A stretch of DNA of 64,000 nt from the human T2T-CHM13v2.0 reference genome, Homo sapiens. Both the position numbers and the translations under genes were made by a program. Positions 50,301 to 61,258 of the stretch are shown piece after piece; the stretch's first letter is position 1, and each line of letters starts with the position of its first letter. The notes below the pieces were generated by a model. It was not told the origin of the DNA. It saw nothing but the letters and a program-made list of their open reading frames with translations, and searched no databases. The stretch lies in assembly GCF_009914755.1 (NCBI RefSeq), contig NC_060931.1; one strand, written 5' to 3'.

Positions 50301-53300
50301 GAAAAGGAAATATCTTCAAATAAAAACTAGACAGAATCATTCTCAGAAACTACTTTGTGATGTGTGCCTTCAACTCACAGAGTTTAACCTTTCTTTTCTT
50401 AGAGCAGTTTAGAAACACTCTGCTTGTTATGTCTGCAAGTGGATATTTGGACCTCTTTGAGGCCTTCGTTGCAAACGGGGTTTCTTCCTTTCATGCTAGA
50501 CTAAGAAGAGTTCTCAGTAACTTTTTTGTGTTGTGTGTATTCAACTCACAGAGTTGAACCTTGCTTTAGAGAGAGCAGATTTGAAACACTCTTGCTGTGG
50601 CATTTTCAGGTGGAGATTTCAAGCGATTTGAGGACAATTGCAGAAAAGGAAATATCTTCGTATAATAACCAGACAGAATCATTCTCAGAAAGTGCTTTGT
50701 GATGTGTGCGTTCAACTCACAGAGTTTAACCTTTCTTTTCATAGAGGAGTTTGGAAACACACTGTTTGTAAAGTCTGCAAGTGGATATATGGACCTGTTT
50801 GAGGCCTTCGTTGGAAACGGGATTTCTTCATTGAATGCTAGACGGAAGAATTCTCAGTAAATTCTTTGTGTTGTGTGCATTCAACTCACAGAGTGGAACG
50901 TCCCTTTAGACAGAGCAGATTTGAAACACTCTTTTTGCGGAATTTGCAAGTGGAGATTTCTAGCCATTTGATGCCAACAGTAGAAAGGGAAATATCTTCA
51001 AATAAAAACCAGACAGAATCATTCTCAGAAAATTCTTTGTGATGTGTGCGTTCAACTCACATAGTTTAACCTTTCTTTTCATAGAGCAGTTTGGAAACAC
51101 TCTGTTTGTAAAGTCTGCAAGTGGATATATGGACCGCATTGAGGCCTTCGTTGGAAACGGGATTTCTTCATTTCATGCTAGACAGAAGAATTCTCAGTAA
51201 CTTCTTTGTGCTGTGTGTATTCAACTCACAGAGTGGAACGTCCCTTTGCACAGAGCAGATTTGAAACACTCTTTTTGTGGAGTTTGCAAGTGGAGATTTC
51301 AAGCGATTTGATGCCAACAGTAGAAAAGGAAATATCTTCAAATAAAAACTAGACAGAATCATTCTCAGAAACTACTTTGTGATGTGTGCCTTCAACTCAC
51401 AGAGTTTAACCTTTCTTTTCTTAGAGCAGTTTAGAAACACTCTGCTTGTTATGTCTGCAAGTGGATATTTGGACCTCTTTGAGGCCTTCGTTGCAAACGG
51501 GGTTTCTTCCTTTCATGCTAGACTAAGAAGAGTTCTCAGTAACTTTTTTGTGTTGTGTGTATTCAACTCACAGAGTTGAACCTTGCTTTAGAGAGAGCAG
51601 ATTTGAAACACTCTTGCTGTGGCATTTTCAGGTGGAGATTTCAAGCGATTTGAGGACAATTGCAGAAAAGGAAATATCTTCGTATAATAACCAGACAGAA
51701 TCATTCTCAGAAAGTGCTTTGTGATGTGTGCGTTCAACTCACAGAGTTTAACCTTTCTTTTCATAGAGGAGTTTGGAAACACACTGTTTGTAAAGTCTGC
51801 AAGTGTATATATGGACCTGTTTGAGGCCTTCGTTGGAAACGGGATTTCTTCATTGAATGCTAGACGGAAGAATTCTCAGTAAATTCTTTGTGTTGTGTGC
51901 ATTCAACTCACAGAGTGGAACGTCCCTTTAGACAGAGCAGATTTGGAACACTCTTTTTGCGGAATTTGCAAGTGGAGATTTCTAGCCATTTGATGCCAAC
52001 AGTAGAAAGGGAAATATCTTCAAATAAAAACCAGACAGAATCATTCTCAGAAAATTCTTTGTGATGTGTGCGTTCAACTCACATAGTTTAACCTTTCTTT
52101 TCATAGAGCAGTTTGGAAACACTCTGTTTGTAAAGTCTGCAAGTGGATATATGGACCGCATTGAGGCCTTCGTTGGAAACGGGATTTCTTCATTTCATGC
52201 TAGACAGAAGAATTCTCAGTAACTTCTTTGTGCTGTGTGTATTCAACTCACAGAGTGGAACGTCCCTTTGCACAGAGCAGATTTGAAACACTCTTTTTGT
52301 GGAGTTTGCAAGTGGAGATTTCAAGCGATTTGATGCCAACAGTAGAAAAGGAAATATCTTCAAATAAAAACTAGACAGAATCATTCTCAGAAACTACTTT
52401 GTGATGTGTGCCTTCAACTCACAGAGTTCAACCTTTCTTTTCTTAGAGCAGTTTAGAAACACTCTGCTTGTTATGTCTGCAAGTGGATATTTGGACCTCT
52501 TTGAGGCCTTCGTTGCAAACGGGGTTTCTTCCTTTCATGCTAGACTAAGAAGAGTTCTCAGTAACTTTTTTGTGTTGTGTGTATTCAACTCACAGAGTTG
52601 AACCTTGCTTTAGAGAGAGCAGATTTGAAACACTCTTGCTGTGGCATTTTCAGGTGGAGATTTCAAGCGATTTGAGGACAATTGCAGAAAAGGAAATATC
52701 TTCGTATAATAACCAGACAGAATCATTCTCAGAAAGTGCTTTGTGATGTGTGCGTTCAACTCACAGAGTTTAACCTTTCTTTTCATAGAGGAGTTTGGAA
52801 ACACACTGTTTGTAAAGTCTGCAAGTGGATACATGGACCTGTTTGAGGCCTTCGTTGGAAACGGGATTTCTTCATTGAATGCTAGACGGAAGAATTCTCA
52901 GTAAATTCTTTGTGTTGTGTGCATTCAACTCACAGAGTGGAACGTCCCTTTAGACAGAGCAGATTTGAAACACTCTTTTTGCGGAATTTGCAAGTGGAGA
53001 TTTCTAGCCATTTGATGCCAACAGTAGAAAGGGAAATATCTTCAAATAAAAACCAGACAGAATCATTCTCAGCAAATTCTTTGTGATGTGTGCGTTCAAC
53101 TCACATAGTTTAACCTTTCTTTTCATAGAGCAGTTTGGAAACACTCTGTTTGTAAAGTCTGCAAGTGGATATATGGACCGCATTGAGGCCTTCGTTGGAA
53201 ACGGGATTTCTTCATTTCATGCTAGACAGAAGAATTCTCAGTAACTTCTTTGTGCTGTGTGTATTCAACTCACAGAGTGGAACGTCCCTTTGCACAGAGC

Positions 53301-56300
53301 AGATTTGAAACACTCTTTTTGTGGAGTTTGCAAGTGGAGATTTCAAGCGATTTGATGCCAACAGTAGAAAAGGAAATATCTTCAAATAAAAACTAGACAG
53401 AATCATTCTCAGAAACTACTTTGTGATGTGTGCCTTCAACTCACAGAGTTTAACCTTTCTTTTCTTAGAGCAGTTTAGAAACACTCTGCTTGTTATGTCT
53501 GCAAGTGGATATTTGGACCTCTTTGAGGCCTTCGTTGCAAACGGGTTTTCTTCCTTTCATGCTAGACTAAGAAGAGTTCTCAGTAACTTTTTTGTGTTGT
53601 GTGTATTCAACTCACAGAGTTGAACCTTGCTTTAGAGAGAGCAGATTTGAAACACTCTTGCTGTGGCATTTTCAGGTGGAGATTTCAAGCGATTTGAGGA
53701 CAATTGCAGAAAAGGAAATATCTTCGTATAATAACCAGACAGAATCATTCTCAGAAAGTGCTTTGTGATGTGTGCGTTCAACTCACAGAGTTTAACCTTT
53801 CTTTTCATAGAGGAGTTTGGAAACACACTGTTTGTAAAGTCTGCAAGTGGATACATGGACCTGTTTGAGGCCTTCGTTGGAAACGGGATTTCTTCATTGA
53901 ATGCTAGACGGAAGAATTCTCAGTAAATTCTTTGTGTTGTGTGCATTCAACTCACAGAGTGGAACGTCCCTTTAGACAGAGCAGATTTGAAACACTCTTT
54001 TTGCGGAATTTGCAAGTGGAGATTTCTAGCCATTTGATGCCAACAGTAGAAAGGGAAATATCTTCAAATAAAAACCAGACAGAATCATTCTCAGAAAATT
54101 CTTTGTGATGTGTGCGTTCAACTCACATAGTTTAACCTTTCTTTTCATAGAGCAGTTTGGAAACACTCTGTTTGTAAAGTCTGCAAGTGGATATATGGAC
54201 CGCATTGAGGCCTTCGTTGGAAACGGGATTTCTTCATTTCATGCTAGACAGAAGAATTCTCAGTAACTTCTTTGTGCTGTGTGTATTCAACTCACAGAGT
54301 GGAACGTCCCTTTGCACAGAGCAGATTTGAAACACTCTTTTTGTGGAGTTTGCAAGTGGAGATTTCAAGCGATTTGATGCCAACAGTAGAAAAGGAAATA
54401 TCTTCAAATAGAAACTAGACAGAATCATTCTCAGAAACTACTTTGTGATGTGTGCCTTCAACTCACAGAGTTTAACCTTTCTTTTCTTAGAGCAGTTTAG
54501 AAACACTCTGCTTGTTATGTCTGCAAGTGGATATTTGGACCTCTTTGAGGCCTTCGTTGCAAACGGGGTTTCTTCCTTTCATGCTAGACTAAGAAGAGTT
54601 CTCAGTAACTTTTTTGTGTTGTGTGTATTCAACTCACAGAGTTGAACCTTGCTTTAGAGAGAGCAGATTTGAAACACTCTTGCTGTGGCATTTTCAGGTG
54701 GAGATTTCAAGCGATTTGAGGACAATTGCAGAAAAGGAAATATCTTCGTATAATAACCAGACAGAATCATTCTCAGAAAGTGCTTTGTGATGTGTGCGTT
54801 CAACTCACAGAGTTTAACCTTTCTTTTCATAGAGGAGTTTGGAAACACACTGTTTGTAAAGTCTGCAAGTGGATATATGGACCTGTTTGAGGCCTTCGTT
54901 GGAAACGGGATTTCTTCATTGAATGCTAGACGGAAGAATTCTCAGTAAATTCTTTGTGTTGTGTGCATTCAACTCACAGAGTGGAACGTCCCTTTAGACA
55001 CAGCAGATTTGAAACACTCTTTTTGCGGAATTTGCAAGTGGAGATTTCTAGCCATTTGATGCCAACAGTAGAAAGGGAAATATCTTCAAATAAAAACCAG
55101 ACAGAATCATTCTCAGAAAATTCTTTGTGATGTGTGCGTTCAACTCACATAGTTTAACCTTTCTTTTCATAGAGCAGTTTGGAAACACTCTGTTTGTAAA
55201 GTCTGCAAGTGGATATATGGACCGCATTGAGGCCTTCGTTGGAAACGGGATTTCTTCATTTCATGCTAGACAGAAGAATTCTCAGTAACTTCTTTGTGCT
55301 GTGTGTATTCAACTCACAGAGTGGAACGTCCCTTTGCACAGAGCAGATTTGAAACACTCTTTTTGTGGAGTTTGCAAGTGGAGATTTCAAGCGATTTGAT
55401 GCCAACAGTAGAAAAGGAAATATCTTCAAATAAAAACTAGACAGAATCATTCTCAGAAACTACTTTGTGATGTGTGCCTTCAACTCACAGAGTTCAACCT
55501 TTCTTTTCTTAGAGCAGTTTAGAAACACTCTGCTTGTTATGTCTGCAAGTGGATATTTGGACCTCTTTGAGGCCTTCGTTGCAAACGGGGTTTCTTCCTT
55601 TCATGCTAGACTAAGAAGAGTTCTCAGTAACTTTTTTGTGTTGTGTGTATTCAACTCACAGAGTTGAACCTTGCTTTAGAGAGAGCAGATTTGAAACACT
55701 CTTGCTGTGGCATTTTCAGGTGGAGATTTCAAGCGATTTGAGGACAATTGCAGAAAAGGAAATATCTTCGTATAATAACCAGACAGAATCATTCTCAGAA
55801 AGTGCTTTGTGATGTGTGCGTTCAACTCACAGAGTTTAACCTTTCTTTTCATAGAGGAGTTTGGAAACACACTGTTTGTAAAGTCTGCAAGTGGATACAT
55901 GGACCTGTTTGAGGCCTTCGTTGGAAACGGGATTTCTTCATTGAATGCTAGACGGAAGAATTCTCAGTAAATTCTTTGTGTTGTGTGCATTCAACTCACA
56001 GAGTGGAACGTCCCTTTAGACAGAGCAGATTTGAAACACTCTTTTTGCGGAATTTGCAAGTGGAGATTTCTAGCCATTTGATGCCAACAGTAGAAAGGGA
56101 AATATCTTCAAATAAAAACCAGACAGAATCATTCTCAGAAAATTCTTTGTGATGTGTGCGTTCAACTCACATAGTTTAACCTTTCTTTTCATAGAGCAGT
56201 TTGGAAACACTCTGTTTGTAAAGTCTGCAAGTGGATATATGGACCGCATTGAGGCCTTCGTTGGAAACGGGATTTCTTCATTTCATGCTAGACAGAAGAA

Positions 56301-59300
56301 TTCTCAGTAACTTCTTTGTGCTGTGTGTATTCAACTCACAGAGTGGAACGTCCCTTTGCACAGAGCAGATTTGAAACACTCTTTTTGTGGAGTTTGCAAG
56401 TGGAGATTTCAAGCGATTTGATGCCAACAGTAGAAAAGGAAATATCTTCAAATAAAAACTAGACAGAATCATTCTCAGAAACTACTTTGTGATGTGTGCC
56501 TTCAACTCACAGAGTTCAACCTTTCTTTTCTTAGAGCAGTTTAGAAACACTCTGCTTGTTATGTCTGCAAGTGGATATTTGGACCTCTTTGAGGCCTTCG
56601 TTGCAAACGGGGTTTCTTCCTTTCATGCTAGACTAAGAAGAGTTCTCAGTAACTTTTTTGTGTTGTGTGTATTCAACTCACAGAGTTGAACCTTGCTTTA
56701 GAGAGAGCAGATTTGAAACACTCTTGCTGTGGCATTTTCAGGTGGAGATTTCAAGCGATTTGAGGACAATTGCAGAAAAGGAAATATCTTCGTATAATAA
56801 CCAGACAGAATCATTCTCAGAAAGTGCTTTGTGATGTGTGCGTTCAACTCACAGAGTTTAACCTTTCTTTTCATAGAGGAGTTTGGAAACACACTGTTTG
56901 TAAAGTCTGCAAGTGGATACATGGACCTGTTTGAGGCCTTCGTTGGAAACGGGATTTCTTCATTGAATGCTAGACGGAAGAATTCTCAGTAAATTCTTTG
57001 TGTTGTGTGCATTCAACTCACAGAGTGGAACGTCCCTTTAGACAGAGCAGATTTGAAACACTCTTTTTGCGGAATTTGCAAGTGGAGATTTCTAGCCATT
57101 TGATGCCAACAGTAGAAAGGGAAATATCTTCAAATAAAAACCAGACAGAATCATTCTCAGAAAATTCTTTGTGATGTGTGCGTTCAACTCACATAGTTTA
57201 ACCTTTCTTTTCATAGAGCAGTTTGGAAACACTCTGTTTGTAAAGTCTGCAAGTGGATATATGGACCGCATTGAGGCCTTCGTTGGAAACGGGATTTCTT
57301 CATTTCATGCTAGACAGAAGAATTCTCAGTAACTTCTTTGTGCCGTGTGTATTCAACTCACAGAGTGGAACGTCCCTTTGCACAGAGCAGATTTGAAACA
57401 CTCTTTTTGTGGAGTTTGCAAGTGGAGATTTCAAGCGATTTGATGCCAACAGTAGAAAAGGAAATATCTTCAAATAAAAACTAGACAGAATCATTCTCAG
57501 AAACTACTTTGTGATGTGTGCCTTCAACTCACAGAGTTCAACCTTTCTTTTCTTAGAGCAGTTTAGAAACACTCTGCTTGTTATGTCTGCAAGTGGATAT
57601 TTGGACCTCTTTGAGGCCTTCGTTGCAAACGGGGTTTCTTCCTTTCATGCTAGACTAAGAAGAGTTCTCAGTAACTTTTTTGTGTTGTGTGTATTCAACT
57701 CACAGAGTTGAACCTTGCTTTAGAGAGAGCAGATTTGAAACACTCTTGCTGTGGCATTTTCAGGTGGAGATTTCAAGCGATTTGAGGACAATTGCAGAAA
57801 AGGAAATATCTTCGTATAATAACCAGACAGAATCATTCTCAGAAAGTGCTTTGTGATGTGTGCGTTCAACTCACAGAGTTTAACCTTTCTTTTCATAGAG
57901 GAGTTTGGAAACACACTGTTTGTAAAGTCTGCAAGTGGATACATGGACCTGTTTGAGGCCTTCGTTGGAAACGGGATTTCTTCATTGAATGCTAGACGGA
58001 AGAATTCTCAGTAAATTCTTTGTGTTGTGTGCATTCAACTCACAGAGTGGAACGTCCCTTTAGACACAGCAGATTTGAAACACTCTTTTTGCGGAATTTG
58101 CAAGTGGAGATTTCTAGCCATTTGATGCCAACAGTAGAAAGGGAAATATCTTCAAATAAAAACTAGACAGAATCATTCTCAGAAAATTCTTTGTGATGTG
58201 TGCGTTCAACTCACATAGTTTAACCTTTCTTTTCATAGAGCAGTTTGGAAACACTCTGTTTGTAAAGTCTGCAAGTGGATATATGGACCGCATTGAGGCC
58301 TTCGTTGGAAACGGGATTTCTTCATTTCATGCTAGACAGAAGAATTCTCAGTAACTTCTTTGTGCTGTGTGTATTCAACTCACAGAGTGGAACGTCCCTT
58401 TGCACAGAGCAGATTTGAAACACTCTTTTTGTGGAGTTTGCAAGTGGAGATTTCAAGCGATTTGATGCCAACAGTAGAAAAGGAAATATCTTCAAATAAA
58501 AACTAGACAGAATCATTCTCAGAAACTACTTTGTGATGTGTGCCTTCAACTCACAGAGTTCAACCTTTCTTTTCTTAGAGCAGTTTAGAAACACTCTGCT
58601 TGTTATGTCTGCAAGTGGATATTTGGACCTCTTTGAGGCCTTCGTTGCAAACGGGGTTTCTTCCTTTCATGCTAGACTAAGAAGAGTTCTCAGTAACTTT
58701 TTTGTGTTGTGTGTATTCAACTCACAGAGTTGAACCTTGCTTTAGAGAGAGCAGATTTGAAACACTCTTGCTGTGGCATTTTCAGGTGGAGATTTCAAGC
58801 GATTTGAGGACAATTGCAGAAAAGGAAATATCTTCGTATAATAACCAGACAGAATCATTCTCAGAAAGTGCTTTGTGATGTGTGCGTTCAACTCACAGAG
58901 TTTAACCTTTCTTTTCATAGAGGAGTTTGGAAACACACTGTTTGTAAAGTCTGCAAGTGGATACATGGACCTGTTTGAGGCCTTCGTTGGAAACGGGATT
59001 TCTTCATTGAATGCTAGACGGAAGAATTCTCAGTAAATTCTTTGTGTTGTGTGCATTCAACTCACAGAGTGGAACGTCCCTTTAGACAGAGCAGATTTGA
59101 AACACTCTTTTTGCGGAATTTGCAAGTGGAGATTTCTAGCCATTTGATGCCAACAGTAGAAAGGGAAATATCTTCAAATAAAAACCAGACAGAATCATTC
59201 TCAGCAAATTCTTTGTGATGTGTGCGTTCAACTCACATAGTTTAACCTTTCTTTTCATAGAGCAGTTTGGAAACACTCTGTTTGTAAAGTCTGCAAGTGG

Positions 59301-60576
59301 ATATATGGACCGCATTGAGGCCTTCGTTGGAAACGGGATTTCTTCATTTCATGCTAGACAGAAGAATTCTCAGTAACTTCTTTGTGCTGTGTGTATTCAA
59401 CTCACAGAGTGGAACGTCCCTTTGCACAGAGCAGATTTGAAACACTCTTTTTGTGGAGTTTGCAAGTGGAGATTTCAAGCGATTTGATGCCAACAGTAGA
59501 AAAGGAAATATCTTCAAATAAAAACTAGACAGAATCATTCTCAGAAACTACTTTGTGATGTGTGCCTTCAACTCACAGAGTTTAACCTTTCTTTTCTTAG
59601 AGCAGTTTAGAAACACTCTGCTTGTTATGTCTGCAAGTGGATATTTGGACCTCTTTGAGGCCTTCGTTGCAAACGGGTTTTCTTCCTTTCATGCTAGACT
59701 AAGAAGAGTTCTCAGTAACTTTTTTGTGTTGTGTGTATTCAACTCACAGAGTTGAACCTTGCTTTAGAGAGAGCAGATTTGAAACACTCTTGCTGTGGCA
59801 TTTTCAGGTGGAGATTTCAAGCGATTTGAGGACAATTGCAGAAAAGGAAATATCTTCGTATAATAACCAGACAGAATCATTCTCAGAAAGTGCTTTGTGA
59901 TGTGTGCGTTCAACTCACAGAGTTTAACCTTTCTTTTCATAGAGGAGTTTGGAAACACACTGTTTGTAAAGTCTGCAAGTGGATACATGGACCTGTTTGA
60001 GGCCTTCGTTGGAAACGGGATTTCTTCATTGAATGCTAGACGGAAGAATTCTCAGTAAATTCTTTGTGTTGTGTGCATTCAACTCACAGAGTGGAACGTC
60101 CCTTTAGACAGAGCAGATTTGAAACACTCTTTTTGCGGAATTTGCAAGTGGAGATTTCTAGCCATTTGATGCCAACAGTAGAAAGGGAAATATCTTCAAA
60201 TAAAAACCAGACAGAATCATTCTCAGAAAATTCTTTGTGATGTGTGCGTTCAACTCACATAGTTTAACCTTTCTTTTCATAGAGCAGTTTGGAAACACTC
60301 TGTTTGTAAAGTCTGCAAGTGGATATATGGACCGCATTGAGGCCTTCGTTGGAAACGGGATTTCTTCATTTCATGCTAGACAGAAGAATTCTCAGTAACT
60401 TCTTTGTGCTGTGTGTATTCAACTCACAGAGTGGAACGTCCCTTTGCACAGAGCAGATTTGAAACACTCTTTTTGTGGAGTTTGCAAGTGGAGATTTCAA
60501 GCGATTTGATGCCAACAGTAGAAAAGGAAATATCTTCAAATAAAAACTAGACAGAATCATTCTCAGAAACTACTTT

Positions 60577-61258
60577 GTGATGTGTGCCTTCAACTCACAG
60601 AGTTCAACCTTTCTTTTCTTAGAGCAGTTTAGAAACACTCTGCTTGTTATGTCTGCAAGTGGATATTTGGACCTCTTTGAGGCCTTCGTTGCAAACGGGG
60701 TTTCTTCCTTTCATGCTAGACTAAGAAGAGTTCTCAGTAACTTTTTTGTGTTGTGTGTATTCAACTCACAGAGTTGAACCTTGCTTTAGAGAGAGCAGAT
60801 TTGAAACACTCTTGCTGTGGCATTTTCAGGTGGAGATTTCAAGCGATTTGAGGACAATTGCAGAAAAGGAAATATCTTCGTATAATAACCAGACAGAATC
60901 ATTCTCAGAAAGTGCTTTGTGATGTGTGCGTTCAACTCACAGAGTTTAACCTTTCTTTTCATAGAGGAGTTTGGAAACACACTGTTTGTAAAGTCTGCAA
61001 GTGGATACATGGACCTGTTTGAGGCCTTCGTTGGAAACGGGATTTCTTCATTGAATGCTAGACGGAAGAATTCTCAGTAAATTCTTTGTGTTGTGTGCAT
61101 TCAACTCACAGAGTGGAACGTCCCTTTAGACAGAGCAGATTTGAAACACTCTTTTTGCGGAATCTGCAAGTGGAGATTTCTAGCCATTTGATGCCAACAG
61201 TAGAAAGGGAAATATCTTCAAATAAAAACTAGACAAAATCATTCTCAGAAAATTCTTT
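60577..61258 (+). repeat. 4-mer (682 bp) HOR structural variant, deletion type B
   Basis: Spacing 60577 to 61259 is 682 bp. cagaaaattctttgtgatgtgtg is joined to ccttcaactcacagag...cttagagcagtttag, and the ggaccgcatt box-bearing segment is missing. Confidence 0.92.
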
